In this document: in pieces, positions 47,449 to 56,772 of the stretch
How positions within the stretch are numbered: the stretch's first letter is position 1
How the letters are laid out: the number at the start of each line of letters is the position of its first letter
NCBI GenBank assembly: GCA_963836205.1
Contig: CAWIIV010000015.1
Location: 64,001-128,000 of the forward strand
Direction: 5' to 3'
Length of the DNA: 64,000 nucleotides
Source of the DNA: an uncultured Acidimicrobiia bacterium
Lineage (GTDB): Bacteria > Actinomycetota > Acidimicrobiia > Acidimicrobiales > AC-14
Program-made: the position numbers and the translations under genes
The notes under the pieces: model-generated
The model's input: only the letters and a program-made list of their open reading frames with translations
Told to the model about the DNA's origin: nothing
Database searches by the model: none

Positions 47449-48726
47449 TCACCAGTCGGGCTTGGCGTCGCCTTCGTCGAGGCCGATGATCACCCGGTTG
47501 GCCCGGTCCCAGGTGACGTAGTTCCAGGCCCAGCTGGTGAGCACCGAGGCCCGGTTGTGAAATCCGACCAGGTACACCAGGTGCAGCACCAGCCACGCCA
47601 GCCACCCGAGGGTGCCGTCGACGCGCAGGCCGAGGGGCAGCTCGGCCACTGCCGACCGGCGGCCGATCGTGGCCATGATCCCCTTGTCCTTGTAGTGGAA
47701 GGGCCGGGTGGGACGACCCTTCATGTGGGCGGCGATGTTCTTGGCCGCCCGCCTACCCCCCTGCATCGCCACCTGCGCCACCTGGGGCAGGGGCTGGCCG
47801 TTCTTGCCCGCCGACCCGGCCAGGTCGCCGATGGCGAACACCTCCGGGTGCCCGGGGACCGACAGGTCGGGCAGCACCGTGACCTGGCCGCCGCGCCCCT
47901 GCTCCACGCCCAGGGCATCGGCCACGGGGCCGGCCCGCACGCCCGCCACCCACACCGCAGTAGCCGTCGGGATGAAGGAGCCGTCGGCGAGGTGGACACC
48001 GTCGGCCGTCACCGACGCCACCACCGAGCCCAGCCGCACCTCGACGCCCCGTGACTCCAGGACCTGGCGGGCGTGCTGCTGCGACGTCACCGAGAACCCG
48101 TGCAGGAGGTGATCGGCCATCTCCACCAGCACCACCCGGGCCCGTCCCAGACCGGAGCCGGCGTAGTCCTTGGCCAGCACGACGTGGAAGAGCTCGACGA
48201 AGGCGCCGGCCAGCTCCACGCCCGTGGGCCCGCCACCAGCGATGACCACCGTGAGCGCGCCCTTGTCGACCAGGGACGGGTCGCGGGCGGCCCGCTCGAA
48301 CTGGCGCAGGACGTGGTCGCGCAGGCGCACCGCCGCGGGCAGGGTCTTGAGGGTAAAGGCGTGGTCGGCCACACCGGGCACGCCGAAGTCGGCCGGCACC
48401 GTCCCCGCGGCCAGCACCAGGTAGTCGTAGGAAAGCCGGCGGCCGTCGTCGAGCTCGACCAGGCGGCCGTCGAGGTCGACCGACTCCACCACTGCCATCG
48501 TGACCTGCACGTTCGACTCGTCCCGGACGATCGAGCGCACGCTGTGGGCGATGTCGTCGGCCGACAGCCCGGCCGTGGCCACCTGGTAGAGGAGGGGCCA
48601 GAAGCCGTGGTAGTTGTTCCGGTCGACGAGGGTGACGTCGACGGGGAGCCCGGCCAGCGCCCGAGTGGTGCTCAGTCCGCCGAAGCCCGCTCCCACGATG
48701 ACGACGCGGGGTCGTGTCGGTCCCAT
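47449..48726 (-). CDS. ndh: Type II NADH dehydrogenase
   Basis: VVIVGAGFGG, PLLYQVATAGL, GGGPTGVELAG, AIGD, AQVAMQ, YKDKGIMATIGR. Confidence 0.92.
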   Translation of the reverse strand: MGPTRPRVVIVGAGFGGLSTTRALAGLPVDVTLVDRNNYHGFWPLLYQVATAGLSADDIAHSVRSIVRDESNVQVTMAVVESVDLDGRLVELDDGRRLSYDYLVLAAGTVPADFGVPGVADHAFTLKTLPAAVRLRDHVLRQFERAARDPSLVDKGALTVVIAGGGPTGVELAGAFVELFHVVLAKDYAGSGLGRARVVLVEMADHLLHGFSVTSQQHARQVLESRGVEVRLGSVVASVTADGVHLADGSFIPTATAVWVAGVRAGPVADALGVEQGRGGQVTVLPDLSVPGHPEVFAIGDLAGSAGKNGQPLPQVAQVAMQGGRRAAKNIAAHMKGRPTRPFHYKDKGIMATIGRRSAVAELPLGLRVDGTLGWLAWLVLHLVYLVGFHNRASVLTSWAWNYVTWDRANRVIIGLDEGDAKPDW

Positions 48727-49043
48727 GAGGATCGATCATCCCCCACCGACCCCCCGGTTTTCGACCTGGCCGCCAGTGCCGGGTGGTGGACGCAGGCCAG
48801 CCACAGGCAGAGCGCCGACTGGGCCAGCACCGCCGGGGCCAGCGCGGGCGACGGCCCGACCGCCCCGCTGGCCGCCGCCCACCGCCGGGAGGCGAAGGCG
48901 AAGTCGAGCAGCCACGCCGACCCATCGGGCAGTGGTGATTCGCATTCGAAGTCCACCCCGGTGGGTGTCCGCTCCACCTTCGGCATCGCACCTGGGAGAT
49001 CCCTCGCCGCCTGGACGACGGGTGGGAACCGTAGGATGCGGCC

Positions 49044-49556
49044 GTGGGGCTGCTCGAAGGCGCACTTGTCCGCCTGCGGCTGGGCACCAGGGACGACGTC
49101 CCCGAATTGGTCCGCATCCGGGCCACGCCCGAGGTCTACGCCCGGTGGCGGGGCGGCGACGACCTGCTGGCGTCGGTGGAGGAGGACTTCGACGACCCCG
49201 ACCTGGTCGGCTACGTCATCGAGCTCGACGGTCGGATCGTCGGCTGGATCCAGTGGGAGGCGGACGAGACGCCCGACTACCGCCACGCCAGCATCGACAT
49301 CTTCGTCGATCCTGACGTGCACGGGCGGGGCGTCGGCACCGACGCCGTCCGCACCCTCGCCCGCCACCTGCTCCGCGTCCACGGCCACCACCGGCTGGTC
49401 ATCGACCCCGCGGCCGACAACGAGCCCGCCATCCGGGCCTACGCCAAGGTCGGGTTCCGGCCCGTCGGGATCATGCGCCAGTACGAGAAGGGTCCCGATG
49501 GCACCTGGCACGACGGCCTGCTCATGGACCTCCTAGCCGACGAGTTGGTGGAGTAG
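49044..49556 (+). CDS. GNAT acetyltransferase (aminoglycoside N6'-acetyltransferase-like)
   Basis: YRHASIDIF, HGRGVG, IDPAADNEPAIRAYAKVGF. Confidence 0.88.
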   Translation: MGLLEGALVRLRLGTRDDVPELVRIRATPEVYARWRGGDDLLASVEEDFDDPDLVGYVIELDGRIVGWIQWEADETPDYRHASIDIFVDPDVHGRGVGTDAVRTLARHLLRVHGHHRLVIDPAADNEPAIRAYAKVGFRPVGIMRQYEKGPDGTWHDGLLMDLLADELVE

Positions 49557-49618
49557 CCACGGGGGTCGTCGCCGATCGGCGCTCCACCGCCACTGGGGAC
49601 CGTGCCTAGCCTTGACGC

Positions 49619-50371
49619 ATGCACGTCGTCGGCTTGTGGCGCTACCCGGTGAAGTCCATGCAGGGCGAGGCCCTGAGCGCGGTCGAGTTGGGGATCTCCG
49701 GAGTCGCCGGCGACCGCCGCTACGGCGTACAGGTCGAGGAGTCCGGGCGGATCCTGTCGGCCAAGCGCGACGGGCGCCTCCTCACGGCTCGGGCGGCGAC
49801 CGACGACCCGGTGCGGATCTCCCTTCCGAACGGTGACGTCCTCGACCGCCCGGGACCGTCCACCGACCGCGCCCTCAGCGCTTGGCTGGAGCGATCGGTG
49901 CACCTGGTCGAAGCTGGCAACCAGGAGGCCCCGACCTTCGAGAGGCAGGCCGACGACCTCGACGACGCATCAGCCAGCGTCTCCTGGCAGGGGCGGCCCG
50001 GGGCTCTCGTCGATTCCAGTCCGGTGCACCTGCTCACGACTGCCAGCCTCCGGGCCATGACCGCCCAGCGGCCCGACCTCGACTGGAGCGCGGCCCGCTT
50101 TCGACCCAATTTTCTCGTCGACGTCGCCGGGGATGAGCGCGTCGAGGACGCCTGGGTTGGGAGACACTGCACCGTCGGCGACGTGCAGCTCGAGATCCTC
50201 AAGCCTTGCAAACGCTGCGTCATGGTCACCCGCCGCCAGCCGGGAGGTCTCGACCATCAGCTGGGCGTCCTGACCCATCTGTCACGGGTGGCGGACGGCT
50301 GTCTCGGTGTCCTGGCGCGGGTGGAACGGCCGGGAACCGTCGCCCTCGGCGCGCTGGTGTCGCTCGACTGA
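49619..50371 (+). CDS. MOSC domain protein
   Basis: LWRYPVKSMQGE, GDRRY, RFRPN, PCKRC. Confidence 0.9.
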   Translation: MHVVGLWRYPVKSMQGEALSAVELGISGVAGDRRYGVQVEESGRILSAKRDGRLLTARAATDDPVRISLPNGDVLDRPGPSTDRALSAWLERSVHLVEAGNQEAPTFERQADDLDDASASVSWQGRPGALVDSSPVHLLTTASLRAMTAQRPDLDWSAARFRPNFLVDVAGDERVEDAWVGRHCTVGDVQLEILKPCKRCVMVTRRQPGGLDHQLGVLTHLSRVADGCLGVLARVERPGTVALGALVSLD

Positions 50372-50404
50372 GCCCCTGCCCCAAGACAACTGGAAGAGGA
50401 AACC

Positions 50405-51151
50405 ATGACCACGCCAGCCCCGCCGGTCACCGACCACGACGACTTCGAGCGACAGCTCCTCGAGTTGCGCAAGCGCGAGAAGGCACACACCCGCGAGGGC
50501 GACGCGATCGCCGCCGCCCGGCGCCGGCTGCCCATGACAGAGGTGCCGCCCGACACCACCGTCATCGGCCCCGACGGCCCGGTCCCGTTCGGCGATGTCT
50601 TCGAGGGGCGCGACGAGCTGGTCGTCTACAGCCACATGTTCTACGACGGGGAGCCATGGGAGTGGCAGTGCGAGGGCTGCACCAGGAACTCCTGGAACAT
50701 GGGGGACGCCGCCGACGCGGCCTACCTCAACGCCAACGGGATCACCTTCGCCTTCCTCGGCGACGGGCCGTTCGAGGAGATCGCGGCATTCCGCGACTTC
50801 ATGGGCTACACCGCGCCGTGGTACTCCATCGCCCACCTCGACGACCCCACCGTGGGCGTCGCCGGCCGGATTTCCTGCTACCTGCGGCGGGAGGACAAGA
50901 TCTACCTGACGTACTGGACGACCGGCCGGGGCGACGAGGTGATGAGTACCTCGTTCGGGCTGCTCGACAGGACCGCCTACGGACGGCGGGAGGAGTGGGA
51001 GGACTCGCCCGAGGGGTGGCCGCAGTTCCCGACCCACTCCGTCTTGCGCACCGACGAGCACGGTGCGCCGACGGGGCCCAGGAGCGGCGGTCGACCGGTG
51101 CCCCAGTGGACCCGCCCGGGCGTCACGGGGGTCGGCGCACAAACCGGGTAG
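50405..51151 (+). CDS. DUF899 family thioredoxin-like protein
   Basis: REKAHTREGDAIAAARRRLPM, CEGC, LLDRTAYGRREEWEDSPEGWPQ. Confidence 0.9.
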   Translation: MTTPAPPVTDHDDFERQLLELRKREKAHTREGDAIAAARRRLPMTEVPPDTTVIGPDGPVPFGDVFEGRDELVVYSHMFYDGEPWEWQCEGCTRNSWNMGDAADAAYLNANGITFAFLGDGPFEEIAAFRDFMGYTAPWYSIAHLDDPTVGVAGRISCYLRREDKIYLTYWTTGRGDEVMSTSFGLLDRTAYGRREEWEDSPEGWPQFPTHSVLRTDEHGAPTGPRSGGRPVPQWTRPGVTGVGAQTG

Positions 51152-51186
51152 TGGCGAGCAACCTCGCTACACGTCCGCAGGCTCGG

Positions 51187-51843
51187 TTATCGACGGGTGA
51201 AGGTCACGTGGGTGACACCGCTGGGTGAGGAGACCGCCTCGATCTCGTAGCGCTCCTCGACGCCCTCGATGCCGTCCCACAGGCGAACGCCACGGCCGAG
51301 CAGGATCGGCACCTGCACGACGTGGAGCGTGTCGATGAGGTCGGCGGCGAGGAAGTCGCGGACGACGGTCGGGCCACCGCCGATGCGCACGTCGAGGTCG
51401 CCGGCTGCCTCCCGGGCGAGTTCGAGCGCCTCGTGCGGGTTGGCGTCGACGAAGTGGAACACGGTGCCGCCCTCCATCTCGATCGACGGGCGCGGGTGAT
51501 GCGTGAGCACGAACACCGGGGTGTGGAACGGCGGGTTCGGCCCCCACCAGCCACGCCACTCGTCGTCGGTGCCGACATCGGTCCACGGGCCGGTCTGCGG
51601 GCCGAACTTGCCTCGGCCCATGATCTCGGCACCGAATCCGAGGCCATGGCGTTCGGCGAACGAGTGGTCGACACCCGCAGTGCCACCGGGATCGCCGACC
51701 CTCTCCCGCCAAAACCGGGTGGCGAACATCCACTCGTGCAGGCGTTCCCCGGCGTGACCGAACGGCGCTTCGAACGTGATGCCGTCGCCCGTCCCGAACC
51801 CGTCCAGGGAGATCGAGAAGTTGTGGACACGGACCTGGGACAT
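51187..51843 (-). CDS. Dihydrofolate reductase family protein (RibD C-terminal domain)
   Basis: SISLDGF, IMGRGKF, WWGPNPPFHTPVFVLTH, IGGG, PILLGRG. Confidence 0.9.
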   Translation of the reverse strand: MSQVRVHNFSISLDGFGTGDGITFEAPFGHAGERLHEWMFATRFWRERVGDPGGTAGVDHSFAERHGLGFGAEIMGRGKFGPQTGPWTDVGTDDEWRGWWGPNPPFHTPVFVLTHHPRPSIEMEGGTVFHFVDANPHEALELAREAAGDLDVRIGGGPTVVRDFLAADLIDTLHVVQVPILLGRGVRLWDGIEGVEERYEIEAVSSPSGVTHVTFTRR

Positions 51844-51900
51844 GGCGGCCTCCCGAACGTTAGCCGCCGAGCGATGATCGAGGTCTCACGCGGCGTTGGC

Positions 51901-52771
51901 TCATCGGCTTGCCTTCCCGGCCGGAGGAAGTCCGGCCGTGTGACGGAGGATCGCAGCCACGATGGTCGGCCAATCGACTCGGTAGACGCCATGGCCGGCT
52001 CCCTCGACCGGTTGCAGCGTGGCGCCGGGGATCTCCTCGGCCAACACCTGGCCGTGTGCGAGCGGGAACAACGGGTCGGCTGTGCCGTGGATCACAAGCG
52101 TCGGCACGGTGATCGATGACAGTGACGGATGGGGCCGGTCGCGGTGAGCCATGACGTCGTGGTTCTGCAGCGACGCGACGTTGTCGGCGCGCTCCACGTC
52201 ACGGCGGACCAGGTCACGGCATGCGGCTTCGTCGAATGGTCGTGTGCCCGCCGGCAAGAAGCCGGGAGTAGCCGACCAGGTACTCGATCACCGACTCGCG
52301 GTCCGACCAGTCGACCGTCGCCTCAGCCACGAAGTGGCTGAAATCCTCGGTCGGCGGTGGGAGGTCCCGGTCAACGGGAACCGCAGGCGAGGTGCTGATG
52401 AGCACGAGTGACAAGACCCGATCGGCGAAGTCCAGGGCCAAGAGTTGCGCCATGGCCCCGCCCGCGGAGACGCCCACCACGTGTGCCGACCCGAGACCAT
52501 AGTCATCGAGCACTCCGGCCGCGTCGGCGAGAAGGTCAGCATCGTTGTAACCGGGACGCCCGGGTTCGTAGGTGGTCGATCGGCCTGTGTCGCGGTGGTC
52601 GTAACGGATCACGAGCCGGCCACCGTCCGCCAGGCTCCGACAGAACTCCTCCTCCCACCACAGCATGGATGCGCCGAGACCCATGACAAGAAGAACCGGC
52701 GGATCGGTCGGTTCGCCGAACGACTCCGTGCACAGTCGGATCCCGCCCGCTTCGATGATGCGCTCGGCCAC
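51901..52771 (-). CDS. Alpha/beta hydrolase (RdmC-like esterase), 1-bp frameshift near 52248
   Basis: RYDHRDTGRS and GVSAGG (nucleophile) in one frame; LVIHGTADPL and GAGH in the next frame. Confidence 0.85.
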
Positions 52772-52917
52772 GTCGCCTCCTTCCGCGGCAGTTTCGGAGT
52801 CGGACGCCCGCCACCATCGATCGGCTCGGCGCGCCGGCCTCATCGATCGGCGAGGACACGCCGATCTTGCCATCATCACCGCAACAGATCGCCGGGTACC
52901 GCCGTGCGAGAGCCCGA

Positions 52918-52947
52918 GCGTCCCAAAACGCGCGTCCCAAGCGTCCC
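52918..52947 (+). repeat. Three direct GCGTCCC repeats
   Basis: GCGTCCC at 52918, 52932 and 52941. Confidence 0.55.
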
Positions 52948-53351
52948 GCTGAACGCGACGGTGTCCGTCCTCGAGTGCCGGTAGCGGCAGGGAGATAGCC
53001 GCTGATCCTGGCCGTATCGACGCCGTCCCCGCAGCGACACCACCGTGCCGTGGTTCGTCGCCGCGCCGCTGATGTGCCGATCGAGAACGGCGTCCACGGA
53101 GCGATACCCGTCGTCGGCCACGAGCGGGGCCTCGTCAGAGATCCGGCATTCCCTCTCAAGTGCCGCATATTCGATCGGATGCGTATTCGTCAGCGACCGG
53201 TCGGAGGGCTCCTGACCAGCATGTCTGCGTCCCGGCTCCGGCTGTGAGGGTCGTCGATGGCGAGGGCTAGATGGGCTCTGACCTGGGCATTCGCGCGGTG
53301 GTCGCATCAGATGATTGACTCCGTCTTCTATTTCGCGGCCTTGGGGAGAGC

Positions 53352-54464
53352 GTGCAACGCCACATCGAGGTCCGTGGAGCGGCCCAGCTCCACCTGGTTG
53401 ACGACGTCGGGCTGCTCGATCCCGAGGGCCACGTCTTCGAGGCGATGCTCGACGGGTGGCGCTCCCAGCAGCTGAGCCGCAACCTCGCCTTCAGCACCAT
53501 CGACGCCGGGGCCCGGGTGGTGCGCCGCTTCCGGGGCGACGTCGAGGACTGGCCCTGGCGGTGGTCGCCGGGCCAGCTCGAGGGCTGGTCGGCCGAGCGG
53601 CGGGTCGAGCGCCGGTGGGCGCACTCGACGCTGCGGTCCTATCAGCAGTCGTTGCGCTCGTTCCTGGCTTACGTGGTCGACCCCGTCTATGGCTGGGACA
53701 GCGAATGCCTGACCCGCTTCGGGACCCACGCGGTGCAGATCTGCGGGCCCACCAGCGCCGCGGTCCACGTCACCGACTACGAGGGCCGGCCCGGGCGGCG
53801 GTCCCTGACCAGGGCGGAGCTGCAGGCCCTGTTCGACGCGGCCGACGACGCGGTGGCCTCCATCCGCACCCGGGGTCGCAAGGGCTGGGTGCCGGCGTTT
53901 CGCGACGCCACCATGTTGAAGGTCCTCTATGGCTGGGGGCTGCGCCGGCGCGAGGCCCTGATGCTTGAAGCGGCCGACTTCGGCTCCAACCCCCAGGCCC
54001 CGGAGTTCGGCGACTTCGGCGTCTGCTACGTCCGCTGGGGCAAGGCCAGCCGGGGCTCCGCCCCCCGGCGGCGCAGCGTGCTGACGGTGATGGGCTGGAC
54101 GGCGGAGGTCATCGGCGAGTGGGTCAACGACATCTGGCCCCACGTCCGGGCCGACGGCGAGGGTGGCCTGTGGCCGTCGGAGCGCCGGCCCCGGGTCAGC
54201 GCCGACCGCCTCAACGCCGCCTTCGCCCGGGCCGCGGCCGACGCCGGACTGCCGGCCGGGCTGAGCCCGCACTGCCTGCGCCACTCCTACGTGACCCATC
54301 TCATCGAGGACGGCTTCGACGTGCTGTTCGTCCAGCAGCAGGTCGGCCACGAGCACGCCTCGACCACCTCGATCTACACCTCGGTGTCGTCGGACTACAA
54401 GACCCGGGTCCTGCGCGCCGCCCTCGACCGGGTGGTGGCCGAGGCCAAAGGAGCCACGCCGTGA
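53352..54464 (+). CDS. Tyrosine recombinase/integrase (intact catalytic residues)
   Basis: YGWGLRRRE (R), GKAS (K), HCLRH (HxxR), QVGH (H), TTSIY (Y). Confidence 0.93.
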   Translation: MQRHIEVRGAAQLHLVDDVGLLDPEGHVFEAMLDGWRSQQLSRNLAFSTIDAGARVVRRFRGDVEDWPWRWSPGQLEGWSAERRVERRWAHSTLRSYQQSLRSFLAYVVDPVYGWDSECLTRFGTHAVQICGPTSAAVHVTDYEGRPGRRSLTRAELQALFDAADDAVASIRTRGRKGWVPAFRDATMLKVLYGWGLRRREALMLEAADFGSNPQAPEFGDFGVCYVRWGKASRGSAPRRRSVLTVMGWTAEVIGEWVNDIWPHVRADGEGGLWPSERRPRVSADRLNAAFARAAADAGLPAGLSPHCLRHSYVTHLIEDGFDVLFVQQQVGHEHASTTSIYTSVSSDYKTRVLRAALDRVVAEAKGATP

Positions 54465-54790
54465 AACGCAGCGTCGCCTATCGCTGGGCCCTGCGGGAGG
54501 TGATGGCCACCCACGGTCTGTGGAAGACCTCCGACCTGGCCCCGCTGCTGGCGGAGCGGGGCGTGGAGCTGTCCCCGGCCCAGGTCTACCGCCTGGTGGC
54601 CCGCACCCCCGAGCGCCTGTCGCTGCCCACCCTGGCCGCCCTGTGCGACATCTTCGCCTGCACCCCCGCCGACCTCATCGAGTGCTCCGTCGTGCCCACC
54701 GGAGCGAAAAAGCCCAGCCCAGCGGGGTCGGTGGTCGACCTCGCCGCCGTCGGTCGACCCCGCCGGGCGCGTGTCGGGCCGCCGGGGTGA
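54461..54790 (+). CDS. Cro/C1-type HTH DNA-binding protein
   Basis: WALREVMA...SDLAPLLAERGVELSPAQVYRLV...LAALCDIFACTPADLI; GTGA overlaps at both ends. Confidence 0.88.
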   Translation: MKRSVAYRWALREVMATHGLWKTSDLAPLLAERGVELSPAQVYRLVARTPERLSLPTLAALCDIFACTPADLIECSVVPTGAKKPSPAGSVVDLAAVGRPRRARVGPPG

Positions 54791-56202
54791 GCGTCTCCGG
54801 GGCGGCGTCGGCGGCGACGACGCCGGCCCGTGCGTGCTCGCTGTGCGGTTCGTCCGCCGACATGAAACGGCAGCGGCTGGTGTGTGCCCGCTGCCGTCTG
54901 CGCCACCTCAGCGTGGAGGTTCTCGACGACGGCCACGGCTGCGTCGACGCCCGCCTCCTCGGCCTGCACGAGGGGCTGTGCGCCATGGCCGTGCCCCACA
55001 ACGGCCGGTGCTGGCTCGGCCAGCCCGCGGTGCGGGAGCGGCTCCGTCGCCTCGTCAGCGGCGAGGTCGCCCTCACCCACGACGGCGTCGACACCCTGGC
55101 CGCCGGGCTCGGGCGGGAGTACCTGCGCGAGCTGCTGGTGGCGCACCGGGTCCTGCCGGCGAGGGACAAGTACCTGGCCGCCTTCGAGCGCTGGACGACG
55201 ACCCGCCTCGACACCGTCCCCGCCGGCGAGGACCGCCAGCTGATCCGCACCTACCTGGCCTGGCACCACCACCGCCGGCTGCGGGAGCGGGCCGAGCTCG
55301 GCCTCCTGCACGAGTCGACGGCCCAGTCCGCCCGCCAGCAGACCAACGTCGCCGTCGCCTTCCTGGCCCGGCTGGCGGAGCGGGGCCGGTCCTTGGCCGA
55401 CTGCCGCCAGGCCGACATCGACGAGTGGTTCGCCACCGGCACCACCACCCGCTGGGCCCTGCGGAACTTCCTCACCTGGGCCATCGTCCAGCGGCGCTGT
55501 CCGGCGCTGGAGGTTCCCCGCTACCGGGGCCGCAGCGCCCCGGCACTGTCCCAGCAGGTCCGCCTGGTGATCCTCAACCGGCTCTTCACCGACACCGACG
55601 TCGAGCTGTCCGACCGCGTCGCCGGCTGCCTGGTGCTCATCTACGCCCAGCCCATCGCCCGCATCCGGACCCTCACCGTCGACGACCTCGACCGCCGGGG
55701 CCAGGAGACGTGGATCCGCTTCGCCCGGGAGCACGTGCCCCTGCCCGAGCCCGTCGGCGAGCTGGCCACCACGCTGGCCGCCACCGCCCGGCGCAACATG
55801 GCCACCGCCGCCAACCCGACCTCGCCCTGGCTGTTCCCGGGCCGGGCACCCACCCAGGCGGTGCAGGCCGAGCAGCTCGCGGAGCGCCTCGCCCGCCTCG
55901 GCATCTCCCGCGTCGGTCGGTTGGCTGCGCTCAACAGCCTCGTCGCCCAGGTGCCCGGTCCCGTCCTCGGACAGCTCATCGGCTACAGCGCCACGATCAT
56001 CGCCCAGCACGCCTCCGCGCAGGGCGTCGACTGGGCCTCCTACGCCGCCCTCAAGTCCCCGGCGAACGGGCTCACTGACCGCGATTACGCACGACTCGAA
56101 TATGCGTCTCTACCAATCGGCTGGCCCGGACAGTCGACACGGAGCATCCTGGGGCGGGTGGACGGATTCTTCCTTGGGGGTTCGATCGCCCCCATGGGCT
56201 GA
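54787..56202 (+). CDS. Zn-finger plus degenerate tyrosine-recombinase-like protein
   Basis: CxxC...CxxC N-terminus; LIYAQPIARIRTLTVDDL, WLFPG, LGQLIGYS resemble a YR fold lacking the catalytic R/H/Y. Confidence 0.75.
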   Translation: MSVSGAASAATTPARACSLCGSSADMKRQRLVCARCRLRHLSVEVLDDGHGCVDARLLGLHEGLCAMAVPHNGRCWLGQPAVRERLRRLVSGEVALTHDGVDTLAAGLGREYLRELLVAHRVLPARDKYLAAFERWTTTRLDTVPAGEDRQLIRTYLAWHHHRRLRERAELGLLHESTAQSARQQTNVAVAFLARLAERGRSLADCRQADIDEWFATGTTTRWALRNFLTWAIVQRRCPALEVPRYRGRSAPALSQQVRLVILNRLFTDTDVELSDRVAGCLVLIYAQPIARIRTLTVDDLDRRGQETWIRFAREHVPLPEPVGELATTLAATARRNMATAANPTSPWLFPGRAPTQAVQAEQLAERLARLGISRVGRLAALNSLVAQVPGPVLGQLIGYSATIIAQHASAQGVDWASYAALKSPANGLTDRDYARLEYASLPIGWPGQSTRSILGRVDGFFLGGSIAPMG

Positions 56203-56772
56203 CCGTCAGCTTCCTCGCCTCACCAGCCGGCCTCCTCGTCGAGGAGTTGATCGCGTGGCGCCGTGGCCTAGGTCAGCGCGTCGAGCAGAGTGCCCCGTCG
56301 GTCCTGCCCGATTGCGCCGCGGCTCTTGATCCCCTCGAGTCGCCATGGACGACCGAGCCACTGGTCGATTGCGGAGGATGGTCCGCGTGCCTGAACAACG
56401 GCATCGACGGCGGTGACCCGACCGCTGCCGCCCCGTACCTCTCCAGCCGCCTCCAAGTGGACTGCGTGATCGCGACGCATGCTCCTCGCCACGCTCCGGG
56501 ACACGCGCCACTCAGCTCTGGTTGCTTGGGCCCGACGGAGAACCGCCGCTCATGCACAAACGCACCCTCGCCGCCCACGCCGAGGACGGCCGCTGGTCGT
56601 GGCACGAAGCCGGGTCGCCTCAGCCGTTTGAGCAGCTGGATCGGTACCGTGCGCGGCTGATCAAAAGCCGGTTCGACCGCCTTCTTCTCGTGCAGTACCT
56701 GTCCGCTCTCGGTATTCACGTCCATGACGCAGGCTTCTACGGGAAGGGAATCGCAGTACGCCAACGAGTGAC

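Larger units (their letters stand above)
53164..56106 (+). mobile_element. Three-gene tyrosine-recombinase element bounded by inverted repeats
   Basis: CGCATATTCGA (53164-74) / TCGAATATGCG (56096-106) plus inner TGCGTA(T/A)TCG pair; three translationally coupled ORFs. Confidence 0.72.

Noticed and set aside
48727-49043. Possible small gene between ndh and the GNAT gene
   Set aside because: No recognisable domain or clean start/stop independent of the neighbouring genes.
56105-56125. tRNA-like fragment (reverse complement AGCCGATTGGTAGAG) at the right end of the recombinase element
   Set aside because: Weak D-arm resemblance only; no anticodon arm, T arm or acceptor stem.
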